A stretch of DNA of 46,999 bases, taken from a virus. The notes beneath the pieces were generated by a model. It ran no database searches. It was not told the origin of the DNA and was given only the letters and a program-made list of their open reading frames with translations. The stretch lies in UHGV virus genome UHGV-1362027; one strand, 5' to 3'. Made by a program: the position numbers and the translations under genes. Position 1 is the stretch's first letter. Each line of letters opens with the position of its first letter. This document shows, one piece after another, positions 1 to 7,248 of the stretch.

Positions 1-490
1 ACCCAGTTTGTCGCTGGGTGTACTTGCCTGACTCTGTTTGTCTTATTTCGCCATAATTGGAAGATGATTTTCCACCAGAAACACCTGTACTGGATTGAAT
101 ATTGCAATTAACCACCCCTTGCGGGTTGTATGTTGGTTGCTTTTGATAAAATACACAAATATCCTCATGATTTCTTAGTGGTTGTTTTTTTGCATTTAGC
201 ACGCCTGTTACTTTTGATTTATTCCAGACCCATTGATATTTAAAATTATCCATGTTGCTGACAACGAGAATTGACGTAAAAGGTTGTGAAGCTGTCAATA
301 CGACTGCCCCTCTGCAAACTCTATTATATTCATTCCATATTTTATCTAGCGGGATAATACTATCCCACTTGTTTTGTGTCGTTCCATAAGGCAAATCACA
401 CAAAATCAAATCAACGCTGCCTGCTGGAATAGACTTCATAACTTCCAGGCAATCACCATGAATTAACTGAACACCTTCATTTTTAATCAT
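1..490 (-). CDS. DNA N6-adenine methyltransferase (beta-class, Dam-like), N-terminal 163 codons; ORF runs off window start
   Basis: Minus-strand translation from ATG 490-488 reads MIKNEGVQLIHGDCLEVMKSIPAGSVDLILCDLPYGTTQNKWD... (DPPY-type motif IV, DLPYGT). It stays open to nt 1. The ATG overlaps the TGA of the upstream ParB-like gene (ATGA). Confidence 0.8.
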   Translation of the reverse strand, partial: MIKNEGVQLIHGDCLEVMKSIPAGSVDLILCDLPYGTTQNKWDSIIPLDKIWNEYNRVCRGAVVLTASQPFTSILVVSNMDNFKYQWVWNKSKVTGVLNAKKQPLRNHEDICVFYQKQPTYNPQGVVNCNIQSSTGVSGGKSSSNYGEIRQTESGKYTQRQTG

Positions 491-1299
491 CACATCTTCT
501 CCAGAATTGCCATAACCTCATGAATGTCAGCAACAGGAATCTGGATAAACTCCTCATCCTCTGCCACCACATGACCAGCAGGTAGAATCACGTGGTCTGC
601 TTGCTTCAATAACTCAATCAGATGGTCTACTGGCTTAATCTTTTTCGACTTGAGCACCTTCGCTGTAACTTTGCCCTTACCTTGCGCCTTCGCTTCTTCT
701 ACCGCCTCGTCGATAACTTTAACCGCATCATCGCCATGCTCACGCGTTACTGCTACGGCGTTTGCATAGCTGATTTGCCCAGCACTAATGCGTGCTTTTA
801 CTTCCGCTGGAACATCACCCAAAGACAGGTGCATCTGCACATCAGATACTGAACGACCTACCTTCTTGGCGATTTCTTCATTCGTCCAGCCAAAGCCTTT
901 CAGTCTCGTATAAGCCTTTGCGCGTTCAAACGGGTCGAGCTGCTTACCCTGACTTGATGACACCATGAAGGCGATTTTATCAGCCTCATCGCCAGTGAAG
1001 TCCTTACACTCAATGCGAACGATTGGCGCGCCACGCTCAATGGCACGCAGTGCGCCGAGATAGCGATGCTGACCATCAAGAATGCGAATTCCCTTCTCAT
1101 CAGGAATAACTGTTAATGCTGGCAGTGGCTGACCTGATTCCCAGCACTGCGCGAAATATTCCACATGCTGTTCATCTGCTTCGCGGATGTTATATCCCGG
1201 CTCCAGATAGATTTGCTCCACTGGCACGAGATATGTTTTGTTTACCGCGATGCCGTTGCGCGTCTCTTTGTCTGAATAGATTTTGCTTAGCGTTTTCAT
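490..1299 (-). CDS. ParB-like nuclease domain protein
   Basis: 269-aa ORF with a ParB/Srx-type motif ILDGQHRYLGAL in the N-terminal domain. Translationally coupled to the downstream MTase. Confidence 0.65.
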   Translation of the reverse strand: MKTLSKIYSDKETRNGIAVNKTYLVPVEQIYLEPGYNIREADEQHVEYFAQCWESGQPLPALTVIPDEKGIRILDGQHRYLGALRAIERGAPIVRIECKDFTGDEADKIAFMVSSSQGKQLDPFERAKAYTRLKGFGWTNEEIAKKVGRSVSDVQMHLSLGDVPAEVKARISAGQISYANAVAVTREHGDDAVKVIDEAVEEAKAQGKGKVTAKVLKSKKIKPVDHLIELLKQADHVILPAGHVVAEDEEFIQIPVADIHEVMAILEKM

Positions 1300-1302
1300 T
1301 GC

Positions 1303-1944
1303 TTATTCCTCATCACCTGAATTAGCAATATCGTAAAACTGACCGTAGGTTATCTGCTTAAAGTTATCAGGTATCGCTACCTGTCCATGACCTTCATCTT
1401 TTGTATTTGGCACTGCGAAAATCAGGCAATCATCCTTTTGCGGGTGTTTACCGCCATAAGTAGACAGCATTGCAAAACCAAATCCGCGACCTGATTGCTC
1501 GCCAATGCCTGTGCGCGCAATACCATAATGATTAACTATGTAGTCTTTCCATTCTGGCAATAACTTTAATTTCTCGTTTGCCTCGCGCATCACTGCATCC
1601 AGCTTTTTGTTGTATTCCCGCCCATCCTTTGTGTTTCCTTTTCCGCGAGCGATAACGACTCGTTGACCATCCCAATAATCTTCACGTTTTATTGTCACAG
1701 GGCATGGAAATTCAAACTGCTTACTCCACACAAAGCTCTCAAGTAAGCCACCGCAGACCGCGCCCCAGCTACGTGTTGTAGTGAAAGCGATAGCACCAAC
1801 CTTTTTCATGGCATCGCCGAGAATTTCATTGCGACGCTTTTGAATGTCATCATATGCGCTAATGACTTTCTTAACATCATCACCTTCAACCATGTAGTAA
1901 TCATAATGTTTTGCGTTACTGCTCATTTCCATCACCTCTAACAT
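1303..1944 (-). CDS. hypothetical protein (213 aa ORF; likely true start at Met 1926 behind GAGGTG)
   Basis: Long ORF, first gene of the minus-strand operon, just downstream of a TTGACG-17-TATAGT promoter. No recognisable motif. Confidence 0.45.
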   Translation of the reverse strand: MLEVMEMSSNAKHYDYYMVEGDDVKKVISAYDDIQKRRNEILGDAMKKVGAIAFTTTRSWGAVCGGLLESFVWSKQFEFPCPVTIKREDYWDGQRVVIARGKGNTKDGREYNKKLDAVMREANEKLKLLPEWKDYIVNHYGIARTGIGEQSGRGFGFAMLSTYGGKHPQKDDCLIFAVPNTKDEGHGQVAIPDNFKQITYGQFYDIANSGDEE

Positions 1945-1956
1945 TTATTGTTGTTT

Positions 1957-1995
1957 CTACGTCATCACTATAAACACACCATCAATCTACGTCAA
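1957..1995 (-). promoter_or_regulatory. sigma70-type promoter (minus strand) TTGACGTAGAT-N17-TATAGT, member of GTAGAT promoter family
   Basis: Minus-strand read gTTGACGtagattgatggtgtgttTATAGTgatgacgtagaaac. Inferred -35 at 1995-1990 and -10 at 1972-1967, 17-nt spacer. Lies just upstream of gene start 1944. Confidence 0.55.
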
Positions 1996-2040
1996 CAGGA
2001 ATATGCTAAAATCATGCTAATCAAACAACAGGAGATTTAA

Positions 2041-2160
2041 TCATGGGTTCAACAAACGGTCCGTCTCGTTCACGCGCAACTGGTAACACCAAAACTGGCG
2101 GCAAAACCGGCGCAGTGAAGCCGAACGGTTCCACCCGCTCACCATCGCGCGGTAAAAAAT
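2041..2160 (+). CDS. small basic Gly/Ser/Thr-rich protein (39 aa)
   Basis: RBS cAGGAGatttaatcATG. Product MGSTNGPSRSRATGNTKTGGKTGAVKPNGSTRSPSRGKK. Confidence 0.35.
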
Positions 2161-2161
2161 A

Positions 2162-2602
2162 ATGTTCGGCGCAGACATTGCCATCATGATCATGTATGTG
2201 CTGGGTTTCTCCTGCACGGGCATGGTTGCGTTTCTGGTGTTCATTCCGGCAATGGTGATGTCTGTGTATCTTGGATGGGTGCTTGTTGATTCATTTCCCG
2301 CCGAATATCTGTATTACCTTGCGCAGTCTATGGTCTGGTTGCTTCCGGCTATTGCGTTGCACAAAAGTACAAAGATGGCGCTCTGCGTGCTTACGATGAG
2401 CCTTTACGAATGGCTGGTGGCGATAGAGTCATTCGTATGGGAATTTATCACGCCTGTAGAAACGCCGCTTCATGCGCAGTACGCATTTATTATTATCGGC
2501 ATCCATCTGTTCATCCTTTCCATCACTTTTAAATGGGGCGGCGAAATTGGACATTATTCTTGGCGTGGTCGCCATTGTTTTTTCGCTGATTCAAATCTAT
2601 AA
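2162..2602 (+). CDS. membrane protein (multi-TM), hypothetical
   Basis: 146-aa ORF with several hydrophobic segments. Confidence 0.35.
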   Translation: MFGADIAIMIMYVLGFSCTGMVAFLVFIPAMVMSVYLGWVLVDSFPAEYLYYLAQSMVWLLPAIALHKSTKMALCVLTMSLYEWLVAIESFVWEFITPVETPLHAQYAFIIIGIHLFILSITFKWGGEIGHYSWRGRHCFFADSNL

Positions 2603-2634
2603 GTGCTGGAAACATATCATCAGCGAGACACGCA

Positions 2635-2919
2635 ATGAACGGGACACTAAGGCAAGTCGCAGAGCAGATTATAAGCGGAACGACAGGACAGGTGATTGAT
2701 AAGGCTGGATATGCTTCTATTGGCACAGGTATCGGTCTGAAGGTTGCAGAGCAAACACCTGTCACGCAATCTTATTTTGAGGCTATGATTCCACACAGCC
2801 TGACAGAGTGGGCGGCAGTGGCGTCAATCCTCGGCGCTCTGTCTCTGGTAATAAAGAATCTGTTTGAGATGTGGTGGAAAGTCCGGGAGTCAAAGAAAAA
2901 TGACAGCACCAACACCTGA
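2635..2919 (+). CDS. hypothetical protein with C-terminal TM segment
   Basis: 94-aa ORF co-oriented with the structural genes. Confidence 0.3.
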   Translation: MNGTLRQVAEQIISGTTGQVIDKAGYASIGTGIGLKVAEQTPVTQSYFEAMIPHSLTEWAAVASILGALSLVIKNLFEMWWKVRESKKNDSTNT

Positions 2920-3298
2920 AGAACTTGTCAGCCAGATGGCATCGCGCGGGATGACCATCACCACAACGGATGCGTCTGGCATTCTGTGCCTTGTGGCATC
3001 AATCAGCGAATGCCTTGAGCTGAACTATCCTAATGATGAATGCCGACAAAATGCAATCATGCTGTGGGCTGCCATCCTGATTAGCGCAAATACCGCTGGT
3101 CGCTACGTTACCAGTCAGAGCGCACCGTCTGGCGCATCACAATCATTCGCGTATGGCAGTAAGCCGTGGGCGGCACTGTACAATCAGATGAAGCTACTGG
3201 ATACAGCCGGATGCACTGGCGATTTAGTGGAAGACCCTGACGGAAGCGGTAAGCCGTGGTTTGCGGTTGTGCGTGGTTCACGTTGCGGAGGTAGATAA
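2900..3298 (+). CDS. putative head-tail connector/adaptor protein
   Basis: ORF 2864..3298 with an internal start MTAPTPEEL. Lies at the head-tail joining position upstream of the tail genes. Confidence 0.35.
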   Translation: MTAPTPEELVSQMASRGMTITTTDASGILCLVASISECLELNYPNDECRQNAIMLWAAILISANTAGRYVTSQSAPSGASQSFAYGSKPWAALYNQMKLLDTAGCTGDLVEDPDGSGKPWFAVVRGSRCGGR

Positions 3299-3419
3299 TG
3301 ACTACTGGTCAAATCAAAGTAAAAGTTGGCGTGCGTAGATATTGCTTATGGCCTATGGCTGTTCTTGCGCTACTGCGCATTCCTGTACCGAAGTGGATGT
3401 TTACTATCGAGAAGGCATC

Positions 3420-3761
3420 ATGACTAGTATTGCCCGGTTTTCCTATACGCAGCCATGTACCATCTGGCACAAAAGCGGCACTGACAAGTACGGCAAGCCG
3501 ACTTTTGACGCACCAGTGAGTATCATGTGCGATTATGGCTTTAACGATGATGTATCGACCGATGCGAAAGGCAATGAGATTGTGCAGAAGAATACTTTCT
3601 GGACAGAATATACTGGCGCTAAGGTAGGTGATTACATCATGATTGGCACGGTGACAGAAGTTGACCCACTGGCGGCTGGCGCAAACCAGATTCTGAATGT
3701 GATCAATTATGGCAATACGTTCAATCGAGCTGAGCCACCTGATTTCGCACTGGTGACATAA
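3420..3761 (+). CDS. putative head-tail joining protein
   Basis: ORF 3342..3761. GAAGG RBS before MTSIARF. Small acidic protein typical of head closure/adaptor proteins. Confidence 0.35.
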   Translation: MTSIARFSYTQPCTIWHKSGTDKYGKPTFDAPVSIMCDYGFNDDVSTDAKGNEIVQKNTFWTEYTGAKVGDYIMIGTVTEVDPLAAGANQILNVINYGNTFNRAEPPDFALVT

Positions 3762-4159
3762 TGGTTGCTAAACTTCGAGGCCTTAACGAGGCAAGGCAGA
3801 AGACGCTGGACATAATTGATGACGTTATATCGCTAAAGGCTGTTCGTGCCATTAAATCAGCAAACTACATAATCAGAACTGAGGCCGCCGTTTATACGCC
3901 AATTGATACATCAAATCTCATAAACAGTCAGTTTGATGTGGTTGACATTAATGGCACCAGAATAACTGGTAAAGTCGGTTATACAGCGAGATACGCATAC
4001 TACGTGCACGAGGCATCAGGGAAGTTGATGGGCAAGCCGAGAAGAGGCGGAAAAGGTAACTATTGGGATCCGGAAGGCGAGCCTAAGTTTCTTGAGTTGG
4101 CAGCAAACAGAACAAAGGAACTCGTTTACCGCACAATAAGACGCGAGATGAAACTATGA
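3761..4159 (+). CDS. putative tail component (HK97 gp10-like / neck)
   Basis: 132-aa ORF coupled to the neighbouring genes by ATGA overlaps. Synteny only. Confidence 0.4.
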   Translation: MVAKLRGLNEARQKTLDIIDDVISLKAVRAIKSANYIIRTEAAVYTPIDTSNLINSQFDVVDINGTRITGKVGYTARYAYYVHEASGKLMGKPRRGGKGNYWDPEGEPKFLELAANRTKELVYRTIRREMKL

Positions 4160-4530
4160 ACATGCTTGAACTGGTTGATGCATATCTTCATGATGCTGGA
4201 TTATACGATGGCTGGACTTCGCAGTTGCAGTTCTGGAATGACACCGGAGATGGAAATGAGCAATTTATTGTTCTGCAATCCAATGGGGGCACGCAGGTTA
4301 TGGATGGCCTCGGCGGTGATTTCTATTTCTCGTTGTATATTGTCGGTAAACATGGTCAATACAACGTGGCGGATGTTGCCGCTAAAGCCAATGAGATTAT
4401 CGAATACATCAAGACGCATCCGATTGATTCATGTGTCAACTACATTCAGTTGCAAGCGCCACTCGGAAGACCGATGTTAACGGAAGAGAAACGGCCAGTG
4501 CATGAGTTGCTTTTGCGTGTTGTGAAATAA
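4156..4530 (+). CDS. putative tail terminator/tail completion protein
   Basis: 124-aa ORF immediately before the major tail protein region, followed by a terminator. Synteny only. Confidence 0.4.
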   Translation: MNMLELVDAYLHDAGLYDGWTSQLQFWNDTGDGNEQFIVLQSNGGTQVMDGLGGDFYFSLYIVGKHGQYNVADVAAKANEIIEYIKTHPIDSCVNYIQLQAPLGRPMLTEEKRPVHELLLRVVK

Positions 4531-4532
4531 AT

Positions 4533-4558
4533 AAAGCCGCATGAAGCGGCTTTTAATT
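4533..4558 (+). terminator. rho-independent terminator
   Basis: Hairpin aagccgc-atgaa-gcggctt followed by ttaattt. Confidence 0.5.
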
Positions 4559-4635
4559 TGGTGGGCACGGACGGATTTGAACCTTCAATCAGCCGATTAT
4601 GAGTCGGTTGCTTTAACCAATTAAGCTACGCGTCC
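4559..4635 (-). tRNA. tRNA-Met (anticodon CAT; possibly Ile2/lysidine type)
   Basis: Minus strand: GGACGCG-TA-GCTT-AATTGGTTA-AAGC-A-ACCGA-CTCATAA-TCGGC-TGATT-GAAGG-TTCAAAT-CCGTC-CGTGCCC-A-CCA. Cloverleaf has U33, anticodon CAT, A37, a GG D-loop, a TTCAAAT T-loop and an encoded CCA. It also has 3 mismatched stem pairs (A3-C70, A27-C43, one in the T-stem). Confidence 0.55.
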
Positions 4636-5079
4636 ATAAGTGCTGGTTTAAGCATTGCCAGCGTGCTTTCTTAATATCCAGCCCCGTAACCCATACATAC
4701 CCCTACATATGATTGCGATAATGCTGGATATTAAGTGTTGTGGCGTCTCGCGATTAACTGAAACTGGCATAACAATGGATGCAAACCTATCCAAATAATC
4801 AATATGGCATTACCACAACGGAAAGAGCACTGAAACACACGTCTGTGTCGCCTGCGCAATGGGTTCGAGTTCCGCTGATATGCGCCAATGCTCTTGCCTG
4901 TTGTGTGCCCATTATTAATCACAGCGGGCCACTGCGCCGAATTTGTTTACAAGGAGTCGGAAGACCTTGCTGACTTACAGGCTATTACGCCGCCATCAGA
5001 ACAACATCATCGTTTGCATTTATCTTTGTGGTCAGTTTCTAAAAAGCCAGCAAAGTCGCTCACGAAAACTATCTGAAAT

Positions 5080-5126
5080 ACAATCTACACCACAAAATAA
5101 TCACTGTCAACACCTGTGATATAATC
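5080..5126 (+). promoter_or_regulatory. extended -10 promoter (TGaTATAAT) with upstream CAATCTACACCAC / TGTCAACACC motif
   Basis: caatctacaccacaaaataatcactgtcaacacctgTGaTATAATcacc, 36 nt upstream of the major tail gene. Same architecture as at 7175-7228. Confidence 0.45.
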
Positions 5127-5161
5127 ACCACGTTAGCAGCTAACACAATTCGGAGATCGAA

Positions 5162-5878
5162 ATGGCTATTTGTGCAAATGATAAAGGCGTTCTGGTCGGT
5201 CGCATGACCCGACTGTTTCTTGCTGAAGGATGCGGTGACGCAGTTCCGGAAGCAGGAGACTGGAAGTATTTAGGATCAACAACCAGTAAAGGTGTTGACT
5301 ACTCGCCGCAGACCACTACGTCGGAAGCGGATACCGCTGGCGGTTTTGTTTCCACTCTCGTTACCAGCTCTGATATGACCATCAGTGCAGAGGTTGAAAT
5401 CCGCAAGAATGACCCGAGCGATGAATTTGGCTTCCATCGTCTGGTTGAGATTTACGCCACTGAACTGAAAGCGCGTCGCCAGCCTTCCTTGTGGGTGCGT
5501 GAGGTGACTGGTGCGACTATCGTTACCGCGTACTGCAACATTACCAGCATCAGTTACGAAGGCGGCACTAACGACATCGTTACTGGCAGTCTTGAGTTCA
5601 AGGTTTACGATTCTGACAGCGTTACCGTAGAAAGCCTTGAGCCGCTGAAATTCACCACTGACCTGCAATCAACTGGCAGCACTGGCAGCCCGTTAACAGT
5701 TGCTGTTGAAGGTGGCGTCGCACCATACACCTACGTTTGGCGCAAAGATGGTGTGGTTGTTGGTGGTGAGTCTGGCGCATCACTGGCAAACCCTACAGCT
5801 GGCGTGTATACCGTAACGGTGACTGACTCGTCTACTGATCCTGAAATCATCATCAGCACGGCGTGCACCGTGTCCTGA
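5162..5878 (+). CDS. major tail protein with C-terminal Ig-like (Big_2-type) domain
   Basis: 238 aa with GGAGA RBS. C-terminal region PLTVAVEGGVAPYTYVWRKDGVVVGG...AGVYTVTVTDSS is typical of Ig-like decoration domains of siphovirus major tail proteins. Followed by a strong terminator. Confidence 0.6.
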   Translation: MAICANDKGVLVGRMTRLFLAEGCGDAVPEAGDWKYLGSTTSKGVDYSPQTTTSEADTAGGFVSTLVTSSDMTISAEVEIRKNDPSDEFGFHRLVEIYATELKARRQPSLWVREVTGATIVTAYCNITSISYEGGTNDIVTGSLEFKVYDSDSVTVESLEPLKFTTDLQSTGSTGSPLTVAVEGGVAPYTYVWRKDGVVVGGESGASLANPTAGVYTVTVTDSSTDPEIIISTACTVS

Positions 5879-5885
5879 TAAAGAA

Positions 5886-5910
5886 AAAGCCCCGAAAGGG
5901 GCTTTTTTAT
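5886..5910. terminator. bidirectional rho-independent terminator (aaagccccgaaaggggcttttttat)
   Basis: Perfect GCCCC-GAAA-GGGGC hairpin flanked by A-run and T-run. The identical hairpin recurs at 16102-16124. Confidence 0.7.
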
Positions 5911-6086
5911 TCTTTCGGTGGTTCAGGAAGGGGCATCCAGTGGGTTACCCTGCTACGACTGAACCCGTACTTGTCATATATTGCAACAGCATAATCAGTC
6001 GCTGAATGTACAGGCGCGTCCATGTAAACCAGAACTGTAGCACCTAATTCAGGCATCCTATCACCGCACTTAATCCACTCGCTCAT
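5897..6086 (-). CDS. DUF551-family protein (59 aa)
   Basis: Product MSEWIKCGDRMPELGATVLVYMDAPVHSATDYAVAIYDKYGFSRSRVTHWMPLPEPPKE. The WMPLPEPP C-terminus is typical of DUF551. Confidence 0.45.
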
Positions 6087-6487
6087 AACTTATCCTCATT
6101 CATTTTAAGGAAGACAATCATGGCGGCGCGGAGTGGGTTTTCATGCTGGCAAATAAACACATCATCACCACGAAACATCATGACAGCACTGTTTGTTGCC
6201 AACGGGCAATCTTGTCCATTGTTTTGAATGACGTCAATTTCATGCTTAACGATAATTGGCCACGCTTGTTCCACATTATTGCAAGGATTGAATAGGTTGC
6301 CATTTGATGCTCTAAACCCTTTAATCCAAATCCTGCTTGTTTGCCAAACTGGACCCATACCTGACTCATCAGTATCGCTACCAAAGTCGTCAACGCCAGA
6401 GGGGAAGAACAGGTGTTCACTCAAACCTAACATATGCGCCACTTGGCAGTTAATTTCAAAATCACTCATCTCTTCATAATTTTTCAT
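6083..6487 (-). CDS. DUF2591 / NinX-like protein
   Basis: 134 aa. N-terminal region MKNYEEMSDFEINCQVAHMLG resembles lambdoid NinX/DUF2591 proteins. Confidence 0.45.
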   Translation of the reverse strand: MKNYEEMSDFEINCQVAHMLGLSEHLFFPSGVDDFGSDTDESGMGPVWQTSRIWIKGFRASNGNLFNPCNNVEQAWPIIVKHEIDVIQNNGQDCPLATNSAVMMFRGDDVFICQHENPLRAAMIVFLKMNEDKL

Positions 6488-6627
6488 ATCACCTTATCCT
6501 CATCAAAAATCACGCCAATCACACGAAGTAAGTCTTTCGCCATGCGTTCAGCTTCTTCATAGTCGTAACCTGCATCTACATACAAATCAGTGTAGAAAAT
6601 CAGGTCTGCTTTTGTTTGCTCGTTCAT
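6484..6627 (-). CDS. small hypothetical protein (47 aa)
   Basis: Product MNEQTKADLIFYTDLYVDAGYDYEEAERMAKDLLRVIGVIFDEDKVI. Stop overlaps the start of the downstream gene. Confidence 0.3.
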   Translation of the reverse strand: MNEQTKADLIFYTDLYVDAGYDYEEAERMAKDLLRVIGVIFDEDKVI

Positions 6628-6830
6628 TTCTTGTCGCCGCTATTAACTAATGCCCAAACAAGTGCTGCAACCCATCCAATAAAACTCCACCCTACAAGAA
6701 TATTCAGCACACAGATTGCGGTCGTATTTGTGTGCTTTCTTTGCAATGCCACAAATGACGGGAGAAGATAAGCAAATACCACCAATCCAGCGAAAAACAA
6801 CAAAATAACAACATCCATAGCCAACCTCAA
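6624..6830 (-). CDS. superinfection immunity (Imm-type) small membrane protein
   Basis: Region LLPSFVALQRKHTNTTAICVLNILVGWSFIGWVAALVWAL matches the signature of the phage superinfection-immunity family (two TM segments). Confidence 0.5.
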   Translation of the reverse strand: MRLAMDVVILLFFAGLVVFAYLLPSFVALQRKHTNTTAICVLNILVGWSFIGWVAALVWALVNSGDKK

Positions 6831-6850
6831 CTGTTAATAACTTGTTTATA

Positions 6851-7144
6851 TTACATGCCGTTTTTTTCGCACAAAGCAACAGATACATCACGCAATTGCT
6901 CTTTTGTCATATCCTTGCGCGCATAAACCATTTCTACAATTGCAAGGCCGATTACTTCTGCTGATTCGTTGTTTTTTGCTGAGCCTTTCACCACCACCTC
7001 AGCAAGATTCTTGCTGACACCGTTATCTCGAACTTCAGCTGTGTTTAATGCGATGTCGCCAATGTTCTTGCACACCTCTGATGTTGCAACAGCAGAGAAA
7101 GAAGAAGCCAACAGGACAGATGCGATCAACATTTTGATTTTCAT
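6851..7144 (-). CDS. secreted/periplasmic protein with signal peptide, hypothetical
   Basis: N-terminal sequence MKIKMLIASVLLASSFSAVATSE reads as a Sec signal with an AVA cleavage site. No lipobox. Confidence 0.4.
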   Translation of the reverse strand: MKIKMLIASVLLASSFSAVATSEVCKNIGDIALNTAEVRDNGVSKNLAEVVVKGSAKNNESAEVIGLAIVEMVYARKDMTKEQLRDVSVALCEKNGM

Positions 7145-7174
7145 AACTCACCTCATTCATATCTCGTTTCGATG

Positions 7175-7228
7175 ACTTGAATCTACATCACCACCTAGCA
7201 GGTGTCAACACCACTGAGATGATATAAT
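7175..7228 (+). promoter_or_regulatory. extended -10 promoter (TGaTATAAT) with GAATCTACATCACC / TGTCAACACC motif
   Basis: ttgaatctacatcaccacctagcaggtgtcaacaccactgagaTGaTATAATcaac, upstream of the tail assembly chaperone gene. Parallels 5080-5126. Confidence 0.45.
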
Positions 7229-7248
7229 CAACATCAGTCAAATTCAGG

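Noticed and set aside
4731-5076. Three ORFs (4731..4922 minus, 4779..4973 plus, 4888..5076 plus) in the spacer after the tRNA
   Set aside because: They overlap each other, have no RBS, odd composition (Cys/His/Arg-rich) and lie in a region better explained as non-coding leader or promoter DNA.
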